Shown: positions 29,113 to 38,894 of the stretch, in pieces
Layout of the letters: the number at the start of each line of letters is the position of its first letter
Numbering within the stretch: the first letter of the stretch is position 1
Assembly (NCBI GenBank): GCA_963846575.1
Contig: CAWJWJ010000002.1
Span: 2,560,001 to 2,624,000, forward strand
DNA length: 64,000 nt
Direction of reading: 5' to 3'
Origin: an uncultured Nitrospiraceae bacterium
Lineage (GTDB): Bacteria; Nitrospirota; Nitrospiria; Nitrospirales; Nitrospiraceae
Translations under genes and position numbers: made by a program
Notes under the pieces: model-generated
Seen by the model: only the letters and a program-made list of their open reading frames with translations
What the model was told of the DNA's origin: nothing
Database searches by the model: none

Positions 29113-30411
29113 ATGAGAAACAACCGACCCGCTCGTACCGCTCTGCGAATCCACTTGAACGCTGCCGCTGTGGTGATGGCCGTGTTATTGGCCGGTTGCG
29201 ATTACGGCCATCAACAGTTTCGTCCGTCATCGGAAGCGGCTTCTCTCCCCGGTCCGTTGGTGGTCGAGGTGGATGATTATGGCCGCTTCTGGGACCGCGA
29301 GGCGGCTGACGCAGCGCTGAAGGCGATCGCCGACGCTTCAGAGAATCAGAATACTATTCTGTCGGTCTTCATTCATGGCTGGCATCACAATGCCGATGAA
29401 TCGGACGATAACTTTCGAAATTTCAAAACCTCTCTTGAGAGGCTGCTTAGCAAGGTAGAAGAACCTCAGTCCGTCATGGCTCGACAGCAGCTCGGACTGA
29501 AGGAACACGTCACGGTGATCGGCTTATATGTGGGATGGCGAGGGCGTTCCCTGCCTGGGTGGCTGGACTATGTCACGTTCTGGGGACGCAAATCCGCCGC
29601 CGAACGCGTGGGCGACGGGGACCTGAGAGAATTCTTCGTCAAACTCCAGAAGTTATATATGCGTCGCAATCACGACTCTTCCAAGCAGACCTTTATGGGG
29701 TTGCTCACCATAGGCCATAGTTTCGGCGGACAGGTCCTTTTCAAAGTGATCTCGGGAGCCTTCGAGCGGGATCTGCTGAATGCCGTAGCCAATGCAACAC
29801 CGCAGCCGGCCGGCCCACCAAAACTCGTGGAGATCGTGAGCGGTCTCGGCGACATGACCGTACTGCTGAATCCGGCGCTGGAAGCGTTTCAGTACGAGAG
29901 GATAGATCGGCTGACGAGCGGGATCTCCTTTATGGACATCCAAGCGCCCGTGCTCTTGACGGTATCCGCCAAAGACGACAGCGCGAGAAAATACTGGTTT
30001 CCCGTGGCACGCAACCTCAACGTGTTGTTCCGGCCAAAGTTTCAGACCGATGAAATCAAGGAATTGTGGACGACGGCCCTGGGTGAGTATGAACCGCAAC
30101 AGACCCATGACCTCGAAGCCTCCAATGAGACGCAGCCGGCGAAGGACTCTGTCTACAGCAACTGCAAGATCCTGAAGCAGGACCTGACGGGCCGTCCGGT
30201 CCTATCGGGAGGCGCTGAGCTGTCCCCCAAGACTCGTGGAGAATACTCCCATAGTCCCGTCGTCATCGCGCATACCAGCAACAAGTTGGTTCAGGAGCAC
30301 AACGGCATCTTCGGGGAAAACTTCGGCGACTTCTTGATCGACTACGTGAGTTTTGTACAAGGCAAACGTCTGTGTTTGATTCGGGGCGGGCCTCCGGCTC
30401 CCACGCAGTGA
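29113..30411 (+). CDS. Putative lipoprotein, alpha/beta-hydrolase fold
   Basis: LLAGC lipobox, FIHGW oxyanion-hole motif, GHSFG nucleophile elbow, late EHNGIF His. Confidence 0.75.
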   Translation: MRNNRPARTALRIHLNAAAVVMAVLLAGCDYGHQQFRPSSEAASLPGPLVVEVDDYGRFWDREAADAALKAIADASENQNTILSVFIHGWHHNADESDDNFRNFKTSLERLLSKVEEPQSVMARQQLGLKEHVTVIGLYVGWRGRSLPGWLDYVTFWGRKSAAERVGDGDLREFFVKLQKLYMRRNHDSSKQTFMGLLTIGHSFGGQVLFKVISGAFERDLLNAVANATPQPAGPPKLVEIVSGLGDMTVLLNPALEAFQYERIDRLTSGISFMDIQAPVLLTVSAKDDSARKYWFPVARNLNVLFRPKFQTDEIKELWTTALGEYEPQQTHDLEASNETQPAKDSVYSNCKILKQDLTGRPVLSGGAELSPKTRGEYSHSPVVIAHTSNKLVQEHNGIFGENFGDFLIDYVSFVQGKRLCLIRGGPPAPTQ

Positions 30412-30633
30412 CGCGAGGGGCGCCACACGGCTTCGTGGAATGTGTGGGTCCCACCCGACAGATAGGGCACGCCGATCACTCGGCGCTGCGTGAGCCTCAT
30501 AAACGGTCCGCCCTTGTTCTTCCATGCATCTCCCCGTGACCGGTCCGGGCGCTCCTTGCCCACGACGACCCTGCCCTCCATTCGAAAAATCCCTGGTACA
30601 ATGACCTCGTTGCGATGAGAGGACGAGACTCGC

Positions 30634-31626
30634 ATGGGGGACATGATTCGACTGCAGTCCGACGGATTGGTCGGACCCGACAGTACCTTTCACATCGATG
30701 CGTGGGGCAAAGCGGACATCAACCTGATCACACATGCCCATGCAGATCATGCGAGGTCGGGAAGCGAAGAATACTGGTGTGCCCGGGAGTGTGAGCCGAT
30801 TCTCCGGCATCGGCTCGGCCCGGCCATTCGAGTACGCTCCTTCCCCTACCGTCACCAGGTGCGCCTTGGTAATTCCTGGATCTCCTTTCATCCCGCAGGG
30901 CACATCCGGGGGTCCGCCCAAATCCGCATCGAACAGGGGTCATCAGTCTGGGTCGTGACAGGAGACTACAAACGCGACGCCGATCCGACCTGTGCAGAAT
31001 TTGAAGCAGTGCCTTGCGACACCCTGATCACGGAGGCCACGTTCGGTCTGCCTATCTTTCGCTGGACTTCTACAGCCAGGGTGGCCGAGCAGATCGTGGA
31101 GTGGTGGCAGGAGTGCCGCCGCGACGGCACGACCGCCCTCTTGTTCTGTTATGCCTTGGGCAAGGCGCAGCGGATTCTGTCGGAACTGGGCCGCCTCACA
31201 CAGGACGAGGTCCTGGTACATGGCGCGGTCGCCTCCCTCACGCAGATCTATCGGGACCAGGGTGTCCCGATGGTGCCGACGCGGCCGGTTAGCGATGCAG
31301 ATGGGCCGATCGAAGGGCGGCTCGTGTTGGCCCCCCCTTCCGCCCACCGCAGTCCCTGGATGAAGCGCTTTCGCTCCGTCTCCACGGCGTTCGCCTCCGG
31401 ATGGATGGCCGTGCGAGGGATCCGGCGGAGACGAGGATATCAGCGCGGCTTCGTCCTGTCCGACCATGCCGACTGGAGGGGACTGTTACAGACAGTCAGG
31501 GAATCCGGCGCCTCCCGGGTGCTGGTGACGCACGGAAGCACCGACACCCTTGCCCGATTCCTGCGCGAGGCGAAGACTGTTCGGGCCGAGCCCCTGGCGA
31601 CCGAATTCGGTGAGGGAGAGGACTAG
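30634..31626 (+). CDS. Ligase-associated DNA damage response exonuclease (MBL/beta-CASP)
   Basis: THAHADH, PAGHIRGS, GDYK, EATFGLP, YALGKAQR, SDHADW, THG. Confidence 0.92.
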   Translation: MGDMIRLQSDGLVGPDSTFHIDAWGKADINLITHAHADHARSGSEEYWCARECEPILRHRLGPAIRVRSFPYRHQVRLGNSWISFHPAGHIRGSAQIRIEQGSSVWVVTGDYKRDADPTCAEFEAVPCDTLITEATFGLPIFRWTSTARVAEQIVEWWQECRRDGTTALLFCYALGKAQRILSELGRLTQDEVLVHGAVASLTQIYRDQGVPMVPTRPVSDADGPIEGRLVLAPPSAHRSPWMKRFRSVSTAFASGWMAVRGIRRRRGYQRGFVLSDHADWRGLLQTVRESGASRVLVTHGSTDTLARFLREAKTVRAEPLATEFGEGED

Positions 31627-31627
31627 A

Positions 31628-33265
31628 GTGGAGGCCTTCGCCGCGTTATTCGAACACATCGACCAAACGACCTCGACCAACCAAAAGGTCTGGATCATGG
31701 CGGAGTTTTTTCGCCGGCAAGATCCTGAAACCTGCGCATGGGCGCTATTCTTCCTGTCCGGCCGGAAACCCAAACAGATAGTCGGCTCGGCGAAACTGCG
31801 GCAGTGGGCACAGACTCTGGCCGGCTATCCGGACTGGCTGATGGAGGAATGTTACGCGGCCGTGGGAGATACCGCTGAGATGGTCGCCCTCGTATTGGCG
31901 GGGGCCGGACACACGGGTTCGCGTCAGCCCACCGAAACCGTGTCGCTCGCTGAGTGGATGACCGAACGACTCTTGCCGCTGGCCGGCATGGACGCCGACG
32001 AAGGACGAAGGCGGATCGTCGCCTGGTGGCAGCAGCTGGAGCCCAAGGAAGTCTTCATCCTCAATAAGCTCTTGACGGGCTCCTTGCGTATCGGAGTGTC
32101 CGAGACACTGGTGTACCGCGCCCTTTCCGAGTTGTGGTCCCTGCCCCAGGCCGTCATCGCCTCCCGCCTGGTGGGCAGTTGGCATCCCACCGGAGAATTC
32201 TTTGCGCGGCTGGGGTTGCCGGCCCACAGCCCGTCGCTGGCCGGTGAGGAGGCCGATGCCTTGCTCCCGGTGCCGTTTTGCCTCGCCGCGCCGCTGGATC
32301 ATGAACCGATGGAACTGGGCGATTTGAAAGAGTGGCAGTGTGAATGGAAATGGGATGGTGTGCGTTGTCAGGTGGTAAAGACCGGTTCACGGATCGAGCT
32401 GTGGTCACGCGGTGAAGAACGGATCACCGCCTCCTTCCCTGACCTTGCGCGGGCCCTGATCCAGCTTCCCGGCGACTGGATCCTGGACGGCGAGGTCGTC
32501 GCTGGGGACTGGACACGTCCCGGCTCCTTTCAAGCCTTGCAGAAGCGCCTCCACCGCAAGAGCCCGTCGGCCGGTCTCATGGCAACCCATCCCGTGGCTT
32601 TTCTGGCCTACGACCTGTTGCAATTAAATGGGGTGCCATGGAGGCATCGTCCGCTCACGGAAAGGCACGCGTGCCTGAACCAGCTCCTGAGCGGAGACAT
32701 CCCTCCGACAATCGGGCTCTCGCCCCCGCTCGCGCCGGCTTCCTGGGCCGAAGTGGCTAGTCTGCGGTCAATGGCCAGGAGCCAGGGTGCCGAGGGATTG
32801 ATGATCAAGAGCAGGCACAGCCGTTATGAACCCGGCCGCAAGCGGGGCGTCTGGTTCAAATGGAAGATCGATCCCCTCACCATCGACGCCGTCCTGACGG
32901 CCGCTCAACCGGGTACCGGACGGCGGGCGTCGCTCTATACCGATTACACCTTTTCACTGTGGAATGGGACGGCATTGATTCCGGTCGCCAAGGCCTACTC
33001 GGGGCTCACCGATGCGGAGCTGCGTGAATTAGACGGGTGGATACGCAGGCATACGACGGATCGCTTCGGACCGGTCCGTTCGGTGAAACCCCTGCGGGTC
33101 TTCGAAATCGGATTTGAAGGCATCAGCCGGAGCGACCGGCACAAATCAGGGTACGCCGTCCGCTTCCCGCGCATTCTCCGGGAACGCACGGACAAGCGAC
33201 CGGAAGAGGGCGATCGAACTCCACAGCCTCGAAGCGGTCCTCCGATCCCTCATACCAGCTTCTGA
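31628..33265 (+). CDS. ATP-dependent DNA ligase (C-terminal tail apparently frameshifted)
   Basis: GTG start after the exonuclease stop; EWKWDGVR adenylation motif, LDGE, AYDLL, EGLMIK, WFKWK, VRFPRI. Confidence 0.92.
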   Translation: MEAFAALFEHIDQTTSTNQKVWIMAEFFRRQDPETCAWALFFLSGRKPKQIVGSAKLRQWAQTLAGYPDWLMEECYAAVGDTAEMVALVLAGAGHTGSRQPTETVSLAEWMTERLLPLAGMDADEGRRRIVAWWQQLEPKEVFILNKLLTGSLRIGVSETLVYRALSELWSLPQAVIASRLVGSWHPTGEFFARLGLPAHSPSLAGEEADALLPVPFCLAAPLDHEPMELGDLKEWQCEWKWDGVRCQVVKTGSRIELWSRGEERITASFPDLARALIQLPGDWILDGEVVAGDWTRPGSFQALQKRLHRKSPSAGLMATHPVAFLAYDLLQLNGVPWRHRPLTERHACLNQLLSGDIPPTIGLSPPLAPASWAEVASLRSMARSQGAEGLMIKSRHSRYEPGRKRGVWFKWKIDPLTIDAVLTAAQPGTGRRASLYTDYTFSLWNGTALIPVAKAYSGLTDAELRELDGWIRRHTTDRFGPVRSVKPLRVFEIGFEGISRSDRHKSGYAVRFPRILRERTDKRPEEGDRTPQPRSGPPIPHTSF

Positions 33266-33355
33266 TGGCAGTTCCCGCGTCACGATTCCGGACGACCCGT
33301 CATCCTGTACCCCGGAACAATTGAGGCTCGATCTCAGCGGCCGGACGGATGGTGC

Positions 33356-35914
33356 ATGAATCCCCCGCAGAAGCTCTTACAGCGCATCCGCAGGCTCAAT
33401 CGCGCGGGGCCGGCCGCACCCGCGGCCGAAACGGCTCACCGGCCGCCCCGGCGGGCGGAGGCCTGGCCGGCCCTTTCTCCCGATCAGGCCGCGGCGCGGT
33501 GGCTCGCGTGGTTCACCGCACAAGGATGGACTCCGTTTCCGTTTCAACGGGAGGCGTGGGACGCCTTTCAGCGGGGCCGGTCAGGACTCATCGCGGTGGC
33601 CACCGGCAGCGGCAAGACGTATGCGGCGGTGGGAGGGCCGCTGATCCAATTGATCACCCGGCCCCCTTCGACGAGTCCTGCGCAGCTTTCGATTCTCTAT
33701 GTCAGTCCCATCAAGGCCCTGGTCCGTGACATCGCCCAGGCGATCACGAAACCACTGGAGGATCTGCAGTGGCCGGTTGAGGTAGGCCTGCGCACGGGGG
33801 ATACAGCCGCCGTCATTCGCCGCCGCTTCAAGGTCCGGGTGCCTCACGTTCTGGTGACGACGCCCGAATCACTGGCGCTCCTGCTCACAGAGGAGGGATG
33901 GGAGGCGCGCATGCAGGACCTGCAGTCGATCGTCCTCGACGAATGGCATGAGCTGCTTGGAACGAAACGCGGCAGTCTGCTCGAATTGTCCCTGGCCCGT
34001 TTGCGTTCCGTGGCAACCCAGGCCCGGGTGTGGGCGCTGTCGGCCACGATCGCGAACCTCGACGTTGCGGCGGCGGCCGCAGTGGCATCAGAGGAGCCCA
34101 CGATCATCCGGGCGGAGATTCCCAGGAACATCCAGGTGCGCGCCATCCTCCCTGCCTCGATTGCCTCCTGCCCCTGGTTCGGATACTCGGGGCTCCGTTT
34201 ACTGTCCGACGTCGTCCGCACCATCGACCCGTCCAGGAGTACGTTGATCTTCACGAACACCCGCTCCCACGCCGAGCGCTGGTATCAGGCGATCCGGGAG
34301 GACCAGCCTCAGTGGGCCGACAGCATGGCCTTACACCATGGCTCGCTGGATCAGGACGAACGGCACCGTGTGGAGGACGGCATAAAATCCGGCCGGCTAC
34401 GTCTGGTGGTCGCGACCTCTTCGCTGGACCTCGGAGTGGACTTTCCGCAGGTCGAAGACGTCATTCAAATCGGGTCGGCGAAATCAATTGCCCGGGCCAT
34501 TCAACGGGCCGGGCGCGCCTTTCACCGTCCGGGCGAGCAGACCCAGATACGACTCTGTCCGACGAATGTTCTGGAGATCGTGGAATCGGCGGCGGTCCGC
34601 GAGGCCCTGCGGGATGACGTGCTGGAGGAGCGTGCGCCGCTCGCCAAGCCACTGGATGTCTACGTGCAGTTTCTTTTGAACTCCGCCTTTCAGCAGGGAT
34701 TTGTTCCGGCGGAGGTCCTGGCTCAGGCCCGCTCGACCTATTCCTTTCGGGCAATAACCGACGAAGAAGCGTCGTGGGCATTGCACTTCATCCAGTCCGG
34801 CGGGTCGCTGTCCACCTATCCCGAGTTCCGCAAGATCCAAGGGGTCGACGGGTACTATCGGTTCGCCTCACCGGCTCTGGCCCGCCAGCACAAGATGAAC
34901 ATCGGCACGATCCTGTCGGACAGCGGCGTGCTGGTACAAATGAGAGGCGGCGCCAAACTCGGCGTGATCGATGAGACCTTTGCCGCTAAATTGCGACCGG
35001 GCGATGTCCTTCAGTTCGGGGGACGCACGGTGGCGTTCCTGCAAATGCGGGACATGACCGCCTTTGTGAAACCTGCCCGGGACCGGAGTCCGGTCGCGGC
35101 CGTGTGGAACGGGACGATCCTCCCCCTCAGCGCGCCCCTCTCACTCTATGTACGCCGGGAGATCGATCAGATGAGACGGGCGGTGGAAGGCGGGCCGGCG
35201 GACTCGCCCGAGATCGCCGCCCTGCTGCCCATCGCGCGCATTCAACATGCACGCTCGCGAATTCCCGCGGCCGATCAGACGCTGGTGGAGCAATGCCGCA
35301 GCCGAGAGGGACACCACCTGTTCGTGTACACCTGGGAGGGGTGGAGCGTGAATGAAGGCCTGGGCCACGTGGCGGCCTATCGCCTGTCGCACCGCCACCC
35401 CAACACTATTGCCGTATCGGCCAATAACTACGGGTTTGAACTACTCTCGACCGAACCGCTCGGAACGTCCGACGAGATCCGCAAGGCCATCAGTCACGTC
35501 GATGATCTCGAACAGGACATTCATGCGTCATTGAATTACCCCGAACTTGCAAAGCGAGCCTTTCGGGAAATTGCCCGGGTGGCCGGGCTCATACACCAGG
35601 GAACGCCCTTCGCCCGGAAATCGACGCGCCACCTCCACATGAGTGCTTCGCTTCTGTTCGACGTGCTCCGCCAATATGAGCCCGATCATCCGCTATTGAC
35701 GCAAGCGTACCGCGAGGTCTACGAGCAGCCGCTGCAACTCGACCGCCTGCGGAGCGTCATGGCGGCCATCGCCGGTCACAAGCTTCTCCACATCCCTGTC
35801 GCGCGCCTGACGCCCTTCGCCTTCCCTCTCTTTGTTGAACGCATTCGATCGCGCCTGTCGACGGAGAATTTCGAGCAGCGCATCGCGCGCCTTCAACGGG
35901 AGGTCTTCCGCTGA
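33356..35914 (+). CDS. lhr: Ligase-associated Lhr-core DEXH helicase
   Basis: ATGSGKT, TTPES, DEWHE, SAT, HHGSL, SSLDLGVDF, QRAGRA, NIGTI. Confidence 0.93.
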   Translation: MNPPQKLLQRIRRLNRAGPAAPAAETAHRPPRRAEAWPALSPDQAAARWLAWFTAQGWTPFPFQREAWDAFQRGRSGLIAVATGSGKTYAAVGGPLIQLITRPPSTSPAQLSILYVSPIKALVRDIAQAITKPLEDLQWPVEVGLRTGDTAAVIRRRFKVRVPHVLVTTPESLALLLTEEGWEARMQDLQSIVLDEWHELLGTKRGSLLELSLARLRSVATQARVWALSATIANLDVAAAAAVASEEPTIIRAEIPRNIQVRAILPASIASCPWFGYSGLRLLSDVVRTIDPSRSTLIFTNTRSHAERWYQAIREDQPQWADSMALHHGSLDQDERHRVEDGIKSGRLRLVVATSSLDLGVDFPQVEDVIQIGSAKSIARAIQRAGRAFHRPGEQTQIRLCPTNVLEIVESAAVREALRDDVLEERAPLAKPLDVYVQFLLNSAFQQGFVPAEVLAQARSTYSFRAITDEEASWALHFIQSGGSLSTYPEFRKIQGVDGYYRFASPALARQHKMNIGTILSDSGVLVQMRGGAKLGVIDETFAAKLRPGDVLQFGGRTVAFLQMRDMTAFVKPARDRSPVAAVWNGTILPLSAPLSLYVRREIDQMRRAVEGGPADSPEIAALLPIARIQHARSRIPAADQTLVEQCRSREGHHLFVYTWEGWSVNEGLGHVAAYRLSHRHPNTIAVSANNYGFELLSTEPLGTSDEIRKAISHVDDLEQDIHASLNYPELAKRAFREIARVAGLIHQGTPFARKSTRHLHMSASLLFDVLRQYEPDHPLLTQAYREVYEQPLQLDRLRSVMAAIAGHKLLHIPVARLTPFAFPLFVERIRSRLSTENFEQRIARLQREVFR

Positions 35915-36562
35915 ATGCGCATCGACGTGCGTGAGGAGGAATTCGAATTGCTACCCGAGCGAGCGCTGTTCTGGCCCTCCCGAGGCCTGCTGGCCGTGGC
36001 CGATTTCCACCTGGGTAAGGCGGAGACGTTTCAGCAGCATGGACTCTGCCTCCCGTCCGCGTCACATCGGACGGATCTCGCCACACTGAACAGACTGGTG
36101 GCCGGCCGGCCCGTGCGCCAGCTTGTCTTTTTGGGCGATCTTGTCCATTCGATGGCCGGGGTGACGCCCCGGGTAATCGACGCATTTGCGCGGTGGATGG
36201 ACAGTTTCGAAGGAGAGGTGGTGGTCGTCCTGGGCAATCACGATGCCGGCCTGGCCAAACGCTGGCCCAAAGCCTGGGAGCGTGCGCGGCGCTGCAGCGA
36301 CGTCCGGTTGGGAGATTTTGTATTCCAGCATGAGCCGGTCAGTAGAGCCGGGCCGGGAGGAGAATTCTATTGGGTCGGTCACGTCCATCCCATGATTCGC
36401 CTTCGGAGAGGTCCCGACCGTGTCAGGCTACCGGGGTTTGTGGTCTCGGAGTTCCAGGGATTGCTACCGGCCTTTTCGACCAACAGCGGAGGCTATGACG
36501 TACCCACCGCTTGCAGGGATCGCGTGTTTGTCTCCGGGGGCGGACGGGTGTATGAAGTGTAG
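35915..36562 (+). CDS. pdeM: Ligase-associated metallophosphoesterase/endonuclease
   Basis: ADFHLGK, LGDLVH, GNHD, HEP, GHVHP, LPAF. Confidence 0.92.
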   Translation: MRIDVREEEFELLPERALFWPSRGLLAVADFHLGKAETFQQHGLCLPSASHRTDLATLNRLVAGRPVRQLVFLGDLVHSMAGVTPRVIDAFARWMDSFEGEVVVVLGNHDAGLAKRWPKAWERARRCSDVRLGDFVFQHEPVSRAGPGGEFYWVGHVHPMIRLRRGPDRVRLPGFVVSEFQGLLPAFSTNSGGYDVPTACRDRVFVSGGGRVYEV

Positions 36563-36712
36563 GGACCGGGAGGTCCGAGGAGATCCGTCTGTGATCTCCG
36601 CATCTACTCGCACGCCTGCCATGCAGCCCGGCCTTCACTCATTGACTCCCTGAGGCCGCTCGCTACATTCTAGGCGTCGGGCACCCCAGTCATCTCGCCA
36701 TGGAGGGTTTTC

Positions 36713-37372
36713 ATGTCCCGGACAATTCGCCTGCTCACAACGACGCTCACGACCCCGATCGGAAATTTGGTCCTACTCTTCGACGAGAAGGGATACCTGC
36801 GAGCAGCCGACTGGTCGGACTATGACGAGCGCATGCACCGACTGCTCGCACGCCACTATGGAAAAAATCGCGTCACGCTGATACCGTCGCCACCTTCGTA
36901 CGCCCTCGCCTCGGTCATTGCCGCCTATTTCGATGGAGATCTTCGTGCAATCGATTGTCTTCCGACCGCCACGGAAGGCACCTCGTTCCAGAAACGCGTC
37001 TGGGACGCATTGCGCGAAATCCCCGCCGGGCAGACCCTGAGTTATAGCGAACTCGCGAAGCAGATCGGGCAACCGAAGGCGGTCCGTGCAGTCGGACTGG
37101 CCAATGGCGCCAATCCGATCGGCATCGTCGTACCCTGCCATCGCGTGATCGGAGCGGACGGTTCGCTGACCGGCTATGGCGGAGGCCTGGAACGCAAACG
37201 CTGGTTGTTGCAACACGAGAAGCAGCCGATCCAGCATTCCTCAGCTGACTCTGCTCCATACAGAGGCAGGGAATATACTACCGGGCCCGGGGCTCCCGGC
37301 TCGAGGAAACTTGGGGTCTGGTGCTCCGATCCCGACGGCTACCGTTGGGAATCGGCTGCCGGCAAGAAGTAA
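36713..37372 (+). CDS. ogt: Methylated-DNA-protein-cysteine methyltransferase with a C-terminal extension
   Basis: GTSFQKRVW, RAVGLANGANP, PCHRV, GYGGG; GGAGG SD. Confidence 0.93.
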   Translation: MSRTIRLLTTTLTTPIGNLVLLFDEKGYLRAADWSDYDERMHRLLARHYGKNRVTLIPSPPSYALASVIAAYFDGDLRAIDCLPTATEGTSFQKRVWDALREIPAGQTLSYSELAKQIGQPKAVRAVGLANGANPIGIVVPCHRVIGADGSLTGYGGGLERKRWLLQHEKQPIQHSSADSAPYRGREYTTGPGAPGSRKLGVWCSDPDGYRWESAAGKK

Positions 37373-37471
37373 CAGGACGGCGACGACCTGACGGAAGGTT
37401 CAGGACACTCATCCCGCGGCCTGGTGGACCCATCGGCTATCGTGCCGGAAAGGACCCTGCGCCCCCGTCTT

Positions 37472-37500
37472 TTGCATCACCAGGCCCGACTGTGTATAAA
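37472..37500 (+). promoter_or_regulatory. Sigma70-like promoter of the sugar ABC operon
   Basis: TTGCAT-N17-TATAAA, 8 nt before GTG 37509. Confidence 0.45.
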
Positions 37501-37508
37501 CTGACCGG

Positions 37509-38894
37509 GTGACGCGATGGCTCATCATCATCCAGCGCATCCCCAGCTGTCGTCTGCCAGTCCTCACCACTGCATCTCTCTGTTTGGTCGCCTCGGTCCT
37601 CTACGTGCTCCTCATGGGCATGACGCCCCCTGACAGCCGCGGCGAATCTCCGGCGGAACAGGCACCACACTCCGCCTTGGCTCCAGTCACGCTCCGTTTC
37701 GTCACCTGGAAGCCGGACCACCCGGGGGTTTGGGACGAGGCCATCACGCAATTCACCAAGGCTCATCCTCACATTTCGGTCGTCCGCGAACTGGCCCCGC
37801 ATTCGTCGACCGCCTATCACGATCTCCTGACACAGAAGCTCAAGAACCGGGATGTGACGCTCGACGTCTTTCTCATGGATGTCATCTGGGTGCCGGAGTT
37901 CGCCGCGGCCCACTGGGCGCGCTCGATCGACGAGCGATTCTCACCGGCGATGCGAGAAGCATTTCTTCCCGCCACCGTGACAGTCGGCCGGTACGGCGAC
38001 CACCTCTACGGTGTCCCGAGCCGGATCGATGCCGGCCTGCTCTACTACCGGCTCGATCTGCTCGAGAAATACGGCTTTACTGCGCCGGACACGTGGGAAG
38101 CACTCGTTCGTCAGGCGGAGGCCATCGTCGCCGGCGAACGGCGGACCAATCCGACGTTGCGCGGATATTCGGCACCGTTCAAGCAATATGAAGGCCTGGT
38201 CTGCCACATGTTGGAGTTCATCGAGGGACATGGCGGCGCACTCCTGACGCCCGATGGAACCAGGTCGACCCTGGCCACACCGGAAGCCCTTTCGGCGGTG
38301 CGGTTCGTTCGGGACAGCGTGATCGGCCGGCTCGCGTCACGCGCGGCGTTGACCTATCAGGAGCCGGAATCCCTTTCCGTCTTTCTCCAGGGTCATGCCG
38401 TGTTCCACCGGAACTGGCCCTATGCCTGGGAACTCGCCAACAACCGGACCCGTTCGACGGTGGCAGGTCACGTCGGCATCACATCCCTGCCGGGGTTCAC
38501 CCCCGGACAACATGCGGCCACGCTCGGCGGGTGGCTCTACGGCATCAGCGCCTATTCGCAACATCCGGATGAGGCCTGGGCGCTCATCGAATTCCTGTCC
38601 AGCCAGGCGACCCAAAAAATGTTCGCGCACCGGGCCGGTATTGCCCCCTCGCGTCTAGCCCTGTTCTCCGATGCGGAACTGCTGACTGCGATGCCGCAGC
38701 TCGGCAACCATTTTTCCGTCCTCCAGACGGCAACGGCACGCCCCCGTTCACCGGTCTATCCCGCGATCTCGCACCTGCTACAACGGTATTTCAGCCGCGC
38801 GCTGGCGATCGAGAACATAGATCTCGCCGAGGAAGCCACGACCACCGACGCCCATATCGATCGCCTGCTCGCCTTGACGAGGACCGCCCCATGA
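37509..38894 (+). CDS. Carbohydrate ABC transporter substrate-binding protein (trehalose/maltose-like)
   Basis: MDVIWVPEFA, DAGLLYYR, QYEGLVC, RNWPYAW, ATLGGW, PRSPVY. Confidence 0.9.
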   Translation: MTRWLIIIQRIPSCRLPVLTTASLCLVASVLYVLLMGMTPPDSRGESPAEQAPHSALAPVTLRFVTWKPDHPGVWDEAITQFTKAHPHISVVRELAPHSSTAYHDLLTQKLKNRDVTLDVFLMDVIWVPEFAAAHWARSIDERFSPAMREAFLPATVTVGRYGDHLYGVPSRIDAGLLYYRLDLLEKYGFTAPDTWEALVRQAEAIVAGERRTNPTLRGYSAPFKQYEGLVCHMLEFIEGHGGALLTPDGTRSTLATPEALSAVRFVRDSVIGRLASRAALTYQEPESLSVFLQGHAVFHRNWPYAWELANNRTRSTVAGHVGITSLPGFTPGQHAATLGGWLYGISAYSQHPDEAWALIEFLSSQATQKMFAHRAGIAPSRLALFSDAELLTAMPQLGNHFSVLQTATARPRSPVYPAISHLLQRYFSRALAIENIDLAEEATTTDAHIDRLLALTRTAP

